This document shows positions 1 through 8,822 of a stretch of 35,039 nt of DNA, piece after piece (within the stretch, counting starts at the first letter, position 1; the number at the start of each line of letters is the position of its first letter). Source of the stretch: an uncultured Gammaproteobacteria bacterium. GTDB lineage: Bacteria > Patescibacteriota > Patescibacteriia > UBA2196 > GWA2-42-15. The stretch lies in contig CAZVLW010000003.1 in assembly GCA_964628705.1 (NCBI GenBank), positions 1 to 35,039 on the forward strand. Reading direction: 5' to 3'. The notes under the pieces were generated by a model. The model made no database searches. It was not told the origin of the DNA and saw nothing but the letters and a program-made list of their open reading frames with translations. The translations under genes and the position numbers were made by a program.

Positions 1-180
<180 letters not shown>

Positions 181-260
181 TTAGACAAAGTGTTTTATAA
201 ATAATAACTTTGCCTAAAATAATTAATTATTAATTTAATAAACATTTAAACATTCAGACC

Positions 261-324
261 TCGCCGCAAAATATTAAAAAATATTTTGCCGCGACATCTC
301 CCCTCCTTTAAAATTTGGAGGGGA
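261..324 (-). other. Two adjacent hairpins in the hsp20-dnaK spacer (stability, processing or attenuation element)
   Basis: TCGCCGCAAAATATT/AATATTTTGCCGCGA (261-294, 1 mismatch) and TCCCCTCC/GGAGGGGA (299-324). Confidence 0.55.
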
Positions 325-331
325 AATTTTA

Positions 332-742
332 TTATTTCTTCACATTCACCTTGACTTTCTTAGGCCTTGCCCTTTCTTCTTTTGGAATAGTCACCTTTAA
401 TACACCGTCTTCATAATCAGCTTTTGCCTTATCGCCCTTAACTGCTGAAGGTAAAGCTACCGCTCTATGGAAAGAACCATAACGGACCTCTTTACGATAA
501 TAATCCTTCTCATCTATTTCACTTTTCTTTTTATTCTCTCCGCCCAATGTTAACACATCATTTTCAATAGAAATATCCACCTTTTCTGCATCTATACCGG
601 GCAATGGGGCTTCTACATAGACATTATTCTCATCTTCCCATACATCTACCGCTGGTGCCGCAGTACCTGCAGGCCAACCCTCAAACAACTTGTCCCAATC
701 ATTAAATGGTTCTGGCATTGGAGACCACTTAATTAGTGACAT
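332..742 (-). CDS. Small heat-shock protein, Hsp20/alpha-crystallin family
   Basis: PAVDVWE, YGSFHRAVALP and ADYEDGVLKVTIPK motifs. Start moved to ATG 742 (MSLIKW), preceded by AGAGGA. Confidence 0.95.
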   Translation of the reverse strand: MSLIKWSPMPEPFNDWDKLFEGWPAGTAAPAVDVWEDENNVYVEAPLPGIDAEKVDISIENDVLTLGGENKKKSEIDEKDYYRKEVRYGSFHRAVALPSAVKGDKAKADYEDGVLKVTIPKEERARPKKVKVNVKK

Positions 743-821
743 ACATTCCTCTTTTATCCCGCACAATCCTTATTTAAAGGAACTGTGTGAGATTTAACTT
801 ATAATAAATTTTGAAATTAAT

Positions 822-1367
822 CTAATCTTTTTTTAAGCTAACTTTGGCTGGATATAATAATTTTCCATTCAGTTTGTAACCCGGTCTAATATCTTTTTTG
901 ATTACCATATCACCTTCATCTGCCAACTTATCTCCACCATCTTCGCTATCATTCAAATCAATTACTTCATGCACTTGTGGATCAAACTGCTCCCCAACTG
1001 TCTTTATCTCCTCTACACCATGCTCCCCTAACACCTTGCCAAACTGTGATTTAATATGCTTAAATCCTTCCAACCACTTACTTCCCTCTTCATCTTTTTC
1101 AGCCGCGCTCAAAGCTAATTTTAAATTATCATAAACAGGCAAAATATTAACCAGTAATTCCTCGTTTGCCATCTTAATCCAATTCTCCTTCATCTGCTGT
1201 GTTTGTCTTTCTAAATTTTCATAATCAGCCCTGGCTCTTTTCCAACCCTCCAAATAATCATTGGAAAGTTTTTTTAATTCCTCAAATTCTTCTTCGGTTT
1301 GATCGCTTTTTTTACTACGCTTAGTTGTTTTATCCAACTGATTTTTATACGTTTTTTTATGCGCCAT
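822..1367 (-). CDS. grpE: Nucleotide exchange factor GrpE
   Basis: RARADYEN, LPVYDNL, FDPQVHE, GYKLNGKLLYPAKV motifs; operon context. Confidence 0.97.
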   Translation of the reverse strand: MAHKKTYKNQLDKTTKRSKKSDQTEEEFEELKKLSNDYLEGWKRARADYENLERQTQQMKENWIKMANEELLVNILPVYDNLKLALSAAEKDEEGSKWLEGFKHIKSQFGKVLGEHGVEEIKTVGEQFDPQVHEVIDLNDSEDGGDKLADEGDMVIKKDIRPGYKLNGKLLYPAKVSLKKD

Positions 1368-1373
1368 ACTTTT

Positions 1374-2057
1374 TTAATTATTGATTAAACGTTTAGTATA
1401 ATTCACCAAACAAATATTTCTTTGATAATCCATGCGCATTGGACCCAATATGCCGATTAAATTTTTATTTACTTTCGCTAAAATAGCAGCACAATTGTCA
1501 TTAAAACTATTATCAGATCCTATATTTACCTCAACTTCTTGTATTTGATTGTATATCTTACCAACCCCTTCATCTAAATGATCAATTACTGCTCCCATAT
1601 GGTATATAGCATCAAAATCACGGAACTCAGGCTGGCTAAAAAGGTTTGAAATACCGGTATAATAAACATCGTGTTTATCAAAAGCTATAAAAACTGCTGC
1701 ATTAGATAATTCCGCCATTTGTTTAGCCAACCTTTTCATTTTAAGCAATACATCTTTATTTTTAATTTTATTCACTTTATCTAATATTTGCTTGTCTTTT
1801 CTGTTTAAGGGTTTATTAAAATCTATAAAATTATCAACATAAAATTTATATCCTTTTTCAGTTGGCACCCTGCCCCCTGAAGTGTGCAAATGAGTTAAAA
1901 ATCCATAATCTTCCATGATTGACATATCATTTCTTACAGTCGCAGGCGATACATCCAAACTATATTTATCTACCAATAACCTTGAACCTACTGCTTGGGC
2001 AAAATCAATATGCTCTTTGACTAAATTCTTAAACAATTTTTTTTGCCTTTGATTCAT
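1374..2057 (-). CDS. hrcA: Heat-inducible transcription repressor HrcA (short form, 227 aa)
   Basis: SPATVRNDM, HTSGGRVPTEKGYKFYVD, GILGPMRMDY; CIRCE directly upstream. Confidence 0.97.
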   Translation of the reverse strand: MNQRQKKLFKNLVKEHIDFAQAVGSRLLVDKYSLDVSPATVRNDMSIMEDYGFLTHLHTSGGRVPTEKGYKFYVDNFIDFNKPLNRKDKQILDKVNKIKNKDVLLKMKRLAKQMAELSNAAVFIAFDKHDVYYTGISNLFSQPEFRDFDAIYHMGAVIDHLDEGVGKIYNQIQEVEVNIGSDNSFNDNCAAILAKVNKNLIGILGPMRMDYQRNICLVNYTKRLINN

Positions 2058-2088
2058 AAAATCATTTATTACTATTATATCTCTCTAT

Positions 2089-2115
2089 TTAGCACTCATC
2101 AAGTGAGAGTGCTAA
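2089..2115. promoter_or_regulatory. CIRCE operator (HrcA binding site)
   Basis: Exact TTAGCACTC-N9-GAGTGCTAA between the promoter and the hrcA start. Confidence 0.98.
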
Positions 2116-2119
2116 ATAT

Positions 2120-2148
2120 ATTATAACTCTGCCTTTATCTGTTGTCAA
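2120..2148 (-). promoter_or_regulatory. sigma70-type promoter of the hrcA operon
   Basis: Minus strand TTGACA (2143-2148), 17 bp, TATAAT (2120-2125): perfect consensus. Confidence 0.9.
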
Positions 2149-2159
2149 GAGTTAAACCA

Positions 2160-2833
2160 AAAAACAAATAAAAACCAAGACTAACAATAAAAATAAATGT
2201 GATTAGCTGTTGGCTGAATAAAACCAAAAGGCCGCTGATTTTTGGCCAAAGTTCAGGAATTTAAAATTTTTTGAGAAGAGAGATTTTTATCCGACGATAA
2301 GTCAGATTTTTCTAATTCCTAAACTTCTTTAAACCAGCGGCCTTTTAATAACAATAATCAACTTGAATTATTATTAACTTTATTTTTTTTAAAAAATTTA
2401 TGGTTATTTCTAAACAGTCCAATACCAAACCAGTGTAACATAAATTTAACAAATAGACAACTCCACCACATAAAAAACAATGGCTATTAACCAAAGCCAG
2501 AAAAAATTAACGGCTTAAGTTGGAGGCTTGGTAGTGCAATAAATGCACATAGCCTGAAGATAAATAAATAGCATTATGGCTACTAGCCATTTGCTTAAAG
2601 TGCACGATATGTGGGTAAATCCAGTCGTAACCAGATTATACCTACTACCATACACCCGCCTCCAACTTAAACCGTTAAAATAATATGATTACTTATTAGG
2701 ATAGGGATCTTTCACCTAAAAGGCGGTTTGGAAGAGAGCTTCCAAACCGCCTTATTAGGCTACTAGAGATTATTTTCTACTTAAAAACAATCTCTAATAT
2801 CTCTCTTCTCAAATTTACAAATTTATGTAAATT
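2160..2833 (-). ncRNA. Candidate large structured non-coding or leader RNA, family unknown; 3' boundary approximate
   Basis: No ORF of 60 aa or more; own promoter; many long stems whose mismatches become G-U pairs on the minus strand; 15-bp pairing between 5' and 3' regions. Confidence 0.65.
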
Positions 2834-2838
2834 ATATT

Positions 2839-2867
2839 ATCATAACATACATAAAAATATTTGTCAA
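2839..2867 (-). promoter_or_regulatory. sigma70 promoter pointing into the non-coding region
   Basis: TTGACA (2862-2867), 17 bp, TATGAT (2839-2844) with extended TGn; predicted start about 2832. Confidence 0.75.
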
Positions 2868-2883
2868 GCAAAAAATAAATAAA

Positions 2884-2910
2884 AAACTAATATTTAGCTA
2901 ATATTAGTTT
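2884..2910 (-). terminator. Intrinsic terminator of the DUF4012 gene
   Basis: AAACTAATATT-TAGCT-AATATTAGTTT hairpin followed by a T-rich tract on the minus strand. Confidence 0.55.
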
Positions 2911-2936
2911 AAAAAATATTCTTAACTAACTCCTGA

Positions 2937-5615
2937 CTAATTATTTTTGGTCTTAAATCCAAATACTTTATCGCTATCCAATTGGGTCTCATATTTAAGT
3001 CCCCCACCTTCTATTATTTCAACTTCCGAGTTTGGTACATAATCAAAAATTTGCCAGCCCGGCGCAGGTTTAATCTGGCTTACAAATTTAACATCTGAGC
3101 TACCAGGCTGTTTTTGTATATATAGACTATAAACATTATTGCGATCATCCTGTGCTATACTCCCCAGCTTATGATATTTATCTACAAAATACTTGATAAC
3201 TAAATCATAAAAATTATAATCTCTCTCAATGACATCCAACTTATTCCCTTGAGATAATCCAAAAGGTAAAATATATTTTAGTGATACTTGTTTTTCTTCA
3301 CCCGGCTCAACACTTACCCAGCCAGCATACACATATTTATCAAATTCCTGTTTAATACGCACATTCTGTTTGTCATCAACTTGAATTAATTTTTCATATT
3401 TTTTTAAACTAGGATCTGGTGAAACTGCCATGTCCACTTTATAATCTCTATCAATCGGCATCTCATCAAAACCTTGGGCTGTAATTAATTGACTGCCTAA
3501 AGGCACATAAATCCTCATATAATTAGTATTCTTATGTCCCTCAAAAACATCGTCCGGCTTACCATTATGAATGGTATTTATCTTCAACTCCACTACAAAT
3601 TTACCATTGGACAACATTTGCAAATTGTGTTTCACCCCCCTTTCAACTACCTTATCTGTTTTTCCACCGGCCACATTGGTATTAACTATTTGTAAATAAT
3701 CCCCATCTGTTTGTTGAATTCTACCAGCCCAACTAAATTGCTCAATTTTATGCTGAATCTTATCATCTTGACTATATAACAATATTTGCTTATTTTCCAA
3801 TAAGTCAGATAATCTTAAAACTAACTCCATTGCCTTTTCAGAATCAAGCTCATTTAAGCGATTCAACACTTTAGGCATTAAATCGGCAATAAATTGTTTG
3901 GGCTTATTTTCCTGCTTGTCATATTCCAACTCCACTTCAATTTGTGTCATACGCACAAAATTTTTACTGTTCACAGCAGTATTATATTGGGGCATATCTA
4001 TTTCGCCTACTAAATTTAATATCTCCTCCATTACATCTGGTGTAAAAGTAATTATTCCATCTACTGTTGGGCCTCCGGACTTATCATAAAACCACATTAT
4101 TTTTTCAGATGATACTTTCCAATCAGGAAACCAATTGGCATTCCATGGTTGCCAAACAGGACTAAATAAATGAAACGGGTGGGGCGCGTCAACTCTTGCC
4201 TCAAGGCTACCCTTTAAATCATAAAAACCGCCCCCGGGAACTTCTACCTGTTTAATTTCCCCATTTTTAATATCCACTATGGCGTAGGAACCCATAAATC
4301 CACCGGTTGGCCTAATCTCACGATTGTTTTGAAAAACCAACATTAACCTGCGTGGCTCTTCTGCCCCAATGAAATAACCTGCTAACTCAAATAAATTTCT
4401 ACTTTCAACTAAATAATTTTCTAATAGTGGTAAATTTTGCCGATAGCTCTCTAATATAGGAGCATATTCACCTAAATTGGATTTCTTAATATCCAAATCT
4501 GACATCAGATTTATAATCTGGACAGTCTTATTAGCTGCCAAATCCAATTCATTTACTATAGAGCCCCATTTCACATCCTGCCCATACTCTATATTGTCTG
4601 CAGAGCTTTCATTTGCCGCTAATTCAAAATTGGCTTGCTTAAAAAATCTGTCTAACCCATCAGCTGCTGTGCTAAGATGGGCACCCACCTCTGCTGTGAG
4701 TCTACTCATTTGAATTAACTCTTTACCTTGTTTAAATTCTGGAAAAAAATTACCTACTTGATTGGCTATTAATCCTAAATTGGATAAACTTACCTCAGCA
4801 TAACTCAACTTGCTTTGAGCCAACTCAAAATTGTCTTGAGCCGCGTTAAAATCCAACTTCATACCTGCCTCACCCCCCTGTTTTAAATAATCCAAACCCA
4901 TCTTAGAAGCTCCCATTACCTCACCCTTAACTTGGTCTATCTGCCTATATTTAGATAAACTATAAAAAGGCAAAATCAATAAACTCGCTACTAACACAAA
5001 AGATAATGATTTCTTCAAAACTGTTGACATCCCATAAAATCTTATTTGATTCTTTTCTACTGGCCAATCTATATCCTGCTCAATCTCAGCATGGTCACCC
5101 CGACTGCCAAAAAGATATACATATACATGCTTAAAAGCCATAATAAACTCCCAAAAATAGACTAAAATCACTTTTAATAACGCAAAAAACAATTTAACAA
5201 ACCTGCCGGCATTCTTAAATAACACATACACACCATTCAACACGGCCCTGGCCAAACTAACAAGACCACGCTTTATAAAAACATAACACCTATCATACCA
5301 AGCATATCTCAATTTTGGCGGCTTATGCCAATCTCTAATTTTCGCTTTTTCCAGCTTTTCTTCGTCAAACACAATACCCAAATCTCTACCCATTTGATTT
5401 ATATCATAATCATAAGACTTATTTTCCATCCAACGCCCGAGTTCGTCGTCTTTGGCATACAATTTATCTATTTCTATATCATCATCTTCTTCAAAGGCGT
5501 CTGTTAACGGCTCTTCATATTCTTTTTGCAGTTTTTCTTTCTCCACTTCCAACTCCCAAGATAATCTTTCAATCTCGGATTGAATTTGGCTTTTTTTGTT
5601 ATATTTATCAGCCAT
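2937..5615 (-). CDS. DUF4012-domain membrane-anchored protein
   Basis: VFQNNREIRPTGGFMGSY, NANWFPDW, VDGIITF, NVAGGKTD motifs as recalled for DUF4012; hydrophobic segment near aa 205-218. Confidence 0.85.
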   Translation of the reverse strand: MADKYNKKSQIQSEIERLSWELEVEKEKLQKEYEEPLTDAFEEDDDIEIDKLYAKDDELGRWMENKSYDYDINQMGRDLGIVFDEEKLEKAKIRDWHKPPKLRYAWYDRCYVFIKRGLVSLARAVLNGVYVLFKNAGRFVKLFFALLKVILVYFWEFIMAFKHVYVYLFGSRGDHAEIEQDIDWPVEKNQIRFYGMSTVLKKSLSFVLVASLLILPFYSLSKYRQIDQVKGEVMGASKMGLDYLKQGGEAGMKLDFNAAQDNFELAQSKLSYAEVSLSNLGLIANQVGNFFPEFKQGKELIQMSRLTAEVGAHLSTAADGLDRFFKQANFELAANESSADNIEYGQDVKWGSIVNELDLAANKTVQIINLMSDLDIKKSNLGEYAPILESYRQNLPLLENYLVESRNLFELAGYFIGAEEPRRLMLVFQNNREIRPTGGFMGSYAIVDIKNGEIKQVEVPGGGFYDLKGSLEARVDAPHPFHLFSPVWQPWNANWFPDWKVSSEKIMWFYDKSGGPTVDGIITFTPDVMEEILNLVGEIDMPQYNTAVNSKNFVRMTQIEVELEYDKQENKPKQFIADLMPKVLNRLNELDSEKAMELVLRLSDLLENKQILLYSQDDKIQHKIEQFSWAGRIQQTDGDYLQIVNTNVAGGKTDKVVERGVKHNLQMLSNGKFVVELKINTIHNGKPDDVFEGHKNTNYMRIYVPLGSQLITAQGFDEMPIDRDYKVDMAVSPDPSLKKYEKLIQVDDKQNVRIKQEFDKYVYAGWVSVEPGEEKQVSLKYILPFGLSQGNKLDVIERDYNFYDLVIKYFVDKYHKLGSIAQDDRNNVYSLYIQKQPGSSDVKFVSQIKPAPGWQIFDYVPNSEVEIIEGGGLKYETQLDSDKVFGFKTKNN

Positions 5616-5672
5616 GAGTGAACTTTAAATATCAAAAAATTAAAAAAGTAAAACTCTCCTATCTACATATAG

Positions 5673-5681
5673 ATTATACCA
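5673..5681 (-). promoter_or_regulatory. Extended -10 promoter for the DUF4012 gene
   Basis: TGGTATAAT on the minus strand about 60 bp upstream of the ATG. Confidence 0.5.
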
Positions 5682-5714
5682 TTTTCCGGCAAAACAAAAA
5701 AGGCAGTATGCTTT

Positions 5715-5921
5715 TTACGGCCCTTTAAAAAAAATAGGAACTTTCAGCTCATTTAAGCGCATCGCTGCCCTGGCTCTTGTTTTCTCAAAAGCTTTAATAC
5801 CACTCTCTTTTTGTTTACATACCTCCAGCATACAACAACCCCTCTCGATTGCTTTATATGCTTTTTGAGAGCCCTTTGAAAACCGCAATGGTTTCTTTAT
5901 TCTCAATTTTTCTACAAACAT
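5715..5921 (-). CDS. Small basic hypothetical protein
   Basis: ORF track 5715..5948; more likely start MFVEKL after GGGAGA; no recognisable motif. Confidence 0.4.
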   Translation of the reverse strand: MFVEKLRIKKPLRFSKGSQKAYKAIERGCCMLEVCKQKESGIKAFEKTRARAAMRLNELKVPIFFKGP

Positions 5922-6016
5922 AATAATCTCCCCATTAAAAAATTTCACCTGTTTTATTCAATTTTTAATAATTTTCTTTTTATTATTAACTCTAACCTCC
6001 TTTTATTTCTTTAAAT

Positions 6017-6532
6017 TTACATTTTACGGCTATCATATGCCCAATGTAAAAGTGCCTGACGCTGCTTTCGCCTGCAATTATAATCACCCCGCCTGCAATT
6101 TTTTATTATTTGCGCAACATGGCGCCGCATAGTTCGCCATCTTTTAATTTGGCGTGCATCCTCGCCCTGAATACGCCTGCCCATATAGTAACGGCAATAC
6201 CATTCAAACCAGCCACGTGGATCATCTTTATATATCCAACCCTTTTCTTGCCAAATCCTATACGGTTGGCTGGCGTGCACTTTAAAATAATTTAAACCAA
6301 CCTCCGGCTTATCTGAAAGTTTTGCTTCTCTAAACCAGCTTACAGGGTATTCCTTTTCTTGCTTGCTTAAATAATGACCGTCAAAAACGCCTAATTTAAG
6401 CATCTCTTGCGGTGTTAAATCTGGCTTAAAATTACTGGCAAAATTTTTACCTATTGCTTCAACTAATTCATAGCTATAATTTTTCTGCCAATTATTATTT
6501 ACTTTTACTTTTTCTACTTTTTTTCTGGGCAT
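6017..6532 (-). CDS. Conserved protein of unknown function (DPRGWFxWYCRYYxGRR family)
   Basis: LTPQEML.LGVF.G, DPRGWFEWYCRYYMGRR, DARQIKRW, RQALLHWAYD; extended -10 TGGTATAAT at 6595-6603. Confidence 0.85.
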   Translation of the reverse strand: MPRKKVEKVKVNNNWQKNYSYELVEAIGKNFASNFKPDLTPQEMLKLGVFDGHYLSKQEKEYPVSWFREAKLSDKPEVGLNYFKVHASQPYRIWQEKGWIYKDDPRGWFEWYCRYYMGRRIQGEDARQIKRWRTMRRHVAQIIKNCRRGDYNCRRKQRQALLHWAYDSRKM

Positions 6533-6617
6533 TCATATTAATTATATATAACTCTACAAAAATTAAAAGCCAAACTGAGCTTAATTGTGTATTTATTATA
6601 CCATTTTTTCAAATAAT

Positions 6618-6650
6618 AAAAAAAGCTGGTTATTTTTATCATAACCAGCT
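6618..6650 (-). terminator. Intrinsic terminator
   Basis: 10-bp perfect stem AGCTGGTTAT/ATAACCAGCT followed by a T-run on the minus strand. Confidence 0.75.
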
Positions 6651-6743
6651 AAACCAGTTTAAATTTTTCGCGGGATGATTATTATTAATAATACTGCTAT
6701 TAATAACAATCCTAAATAAAAAATAAATTTCATTTATCAATCC

Positions 6744-7160
6744 CTATATAAATTTAACAGATTGGCGAAATCTGATATCTACCCCATCAAACTCAACACT
6801 CAACTCGTTAATCTCATTTAATAGCTTTGAAATCCTTCGCAAAAATTTATAACTTTTAGATAAACTATTAAATGACTTGCCGCAATAGGCTGCCATTTCA
6901 GCAAAGAGCAGGTGCTCTCCATCCACGTCTTTTATTGCTATTTTACCCTCCACTGGCAAACTCTTTAAAAATTTCAATAGAATGAAGATATGTAAAAATA
7001 ACTCCATTGCAAACAGCACCTCCTGTTTGCTTTGGCTCATAAAAAATGTAGGAATTTTTTGTGAATCAAAAAATTGTTCAGTCTTAAAAGTATGATATTT
7101 AACCCCTAAAAAAACGGGGTAAATTATACTCATCTCTTCCAAGTCACCTGCGTTCATCAT
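6744..7160 (-). CDS. Hypothetical protein (orphan)
   Basis: 138-aa ORF with strong AGGAGG SD, TTGACA at 7248-7253 and its own terminator. Confidence 0.65.
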   Translation of the reverse strand: MMNAGDLEEMSIIYPVFLGVKYHTFKTEQFFDSQKIPTFFMSQSKQEVLFAMELFLHIFILLKFLKSLPVEGKIAIKDVDGEHLLFAEMAAYCGKSFNSLSKSYKFLRRISKLLNEINELSVEFDGVDIRFRQSVKFI

Positions 7161-7259
7161 TATAATCCTCCTATTATATTATATTTTTTATAAAATATTT
7201 ACCATTAACCGTTTACATAAAATTAAACTTAACAAAATGAATAAATATGTCAAATATTA

Positions 7260-7287
7260 AAAATCGCTCTACCTAAAGAGCGATTTT
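7260..7287 (-). terminator. Intrinsic terminator after the antiporter
   Basis: AAAATCGCTCT-ACCTAA-AGAGCGATTTT hairpin about 20 bp past the stop codon. Confidence 0.75.
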
Positions 7288-7307
7288 ATTAATTAAATAA
7301 ATGTACG

Positions 7308-8732
7308 CTATTGGGTCTTGGTCTTATCCTGCTTTCTAAGTAATGCTGTTAATACGGGTGGTGGAACTAAAGTGGAAACTATCACCATAATCACAATAAT
7401 AGAAAAAGTGGTATCATCACCCAAACCTCGTCCAATAGCGGCAAAGATTAAACCTACTTCACCTCTGGGCACCATACCCCAACCTACAATCTGCCTGTTA
7501 ATATCTTTACCTGCCGCATAACCAGACACAAGTTTACCGATAAAAGCGGCAACAGTCACCCCCAAAGCAATTGCTAAAACTTTAAAATCAAACATAGTTT
7601 CCAATTTAACTGCCATACCTGTAAACACAAAGAAGATAGGTACTAAGAAATAACTAATCGGCTCAATAATATCTTCAATATGCTTTTCACTATGCGGCTT
7701 AATAGCACCGAGTATTCTACTTTTTATACTCTCATCTTGACACTCATTAGCTACTTCTTCCATTTCGTCTACCATTTTTGGATTTTTAAAATACCTAAAA
7801 TGAACCGCGTCCAATATCAAACCAGCCGCAAAAGCTCCCACAATTGGAGCCAACCCTAATAGAGCCGCCAGATAAGCAAAGACTAAAGCAAACACAATGG
7901 CAATGGTGAATTTCATACCAATACCAGTATGAATTTTTGAGAAAAATTTACACAAATAAGGTGCTAACAGCTGACCTAGCACAATCGCGCCCACCAAAAA
8001 AAGAATAGCTTTAGCCGCAATCCAAGTAATTGTGCCTAAACTAACTGCCCCTACAGTTACAATAGCTGAAACGACAGCTAAAATAATCAAACCTAATACG
8101 TCATCAATAACTGCCGCACCTAAAACAACTTTAGCTTCAGCAGTTTGGAGTTTGCCTAAATCACGGAACACTCTGGCCGTAATACCTACAGAAGTCGCAG
8201 TTAAGGTAGCCCCTAAAAAGATATAAGCATTTTGGCTCAATCCCGGCACTAACCACGGACCCACAATATAAGTACCGATAATAAATGGTAAAACCACACC
8301 AATTATTGCTACAAAAAAAGCTCGCATACCCACTTTTTTCATCTCCCTAATATTGGATTCCAGTCCAATTTGAAATAACAAAATAACCACACCCAACTCT
8401 GATAAAAACTCAATAATATGGTTATCTTTTATCCAATCCAATCCATTAAAACCAATTAAAGTTAAATTGCCCAACACCACACCCATAACTAACTCTCCTA
8501 AAACTGAGGGTTGGCCAATTTTTTCCACCAAACTGGAAAGCTTAGCGGCAATTAAAATAATGGCAATAGCTAAAAAAGCCATGACCGCCTCTCCCGGACC
8601 TTCACCTCCCGAAGATGCCCATATATTAGAGCTAATAACAACTGACAATATAATAGCCAGCCAAAAAATAGCACGTAATTTTTGACGGCTCAATTTTGGC
8701 ATCCAAGACAAAAGCGAAATACTTGGTGTCAT
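7308..8732 (-). CDS. Cation:proton antiporter, CPA2 (NapA/Kef-like) family
   Basis: Many hydrophobic helices; LLFQIGLE, ATSVGIT, AAVIDDVLG (DD motif), GMVPRGEVGL. Confidence 0.93.
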   Translation of the reverse strand: MTPSISLLSWMPKLSRQKLRAIFWLAIILSVVISSNIWASSGGEGPGEAVMAFLAIAIILIAAKLSSLVEKIGQPSVLGELVMGVVLGNLTLIGFNGLDWIKDNHIIEFLSELGVVILLFQIGLESNIREMKKVGMRAFFVAIIGVVLPFIIGTYIVGPWLVPGLSQNAYIFLGATLTATSVGITARVFRDLGKLQTAEAKVVLGAAVIDDVLGLIILAVVSAIVTVGAVSLGTITWIAAKAILFLVGAIVLGQLLAPYLCKFFSKIHTGIGMKFTIAIVFALVFAYLAALLGLAPIVGAFAAGLILDAVHFRYFKNPKMVDEMEEVANECQDESIKSRILGAIKPHSEKHIEDIIEPISYFLVPIFFVFTGMAVKLETMFDFKVLAIALGVTVAAFIGKLVSGYAAGKDINRQIVGWGMVPRGEVGLIFAAIGRGLGDDTTFSIIVIMVIVSTLVPPPVLTALLRKQDKTKTQ

Positions 8733-8747
8733 AATTCAATACATTTT

Positions 8748-8801
8748 TTAGCAAGGAGTTTCATTTACCCCAAGCGGCAAGCATAACTGCCTGCACTCTA
8801 A
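8748..8801 (-). promoter_or_regulatory. Candidate monovalent-cation (Na+/Li+) riboswitch-like leader
   Basis: GC-richer island GAGUGCAGGCA-GUUAUGCU-UGCCGCUUGGGG..ACUC in an AT-rich spacer just 5' of the antiporter; GGCA/UGCC and GAGU/ACUC stems. Confidence 0.45.
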
Positions 8802-8822
8802 TAAAATAAAAAAAGTTTACTG

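Noticed and set aside
2595-2651. Resemblance of MVVGIIWLRLDLP to the DUF503 N-terminus
   Set aside because: Only about 13 residues, and no downstream frame continues the similarity.
2507-2678. 6S RNA, tmRNA, RNase P or tRNA identity for the structured region
   Set aside because: The interior is multibranched rather than rod-plus-bubble, and I saw no RNase P GAGGAAAGUCC, tRNA-like ends or T-arm motif. Not excluded without a covariance search.
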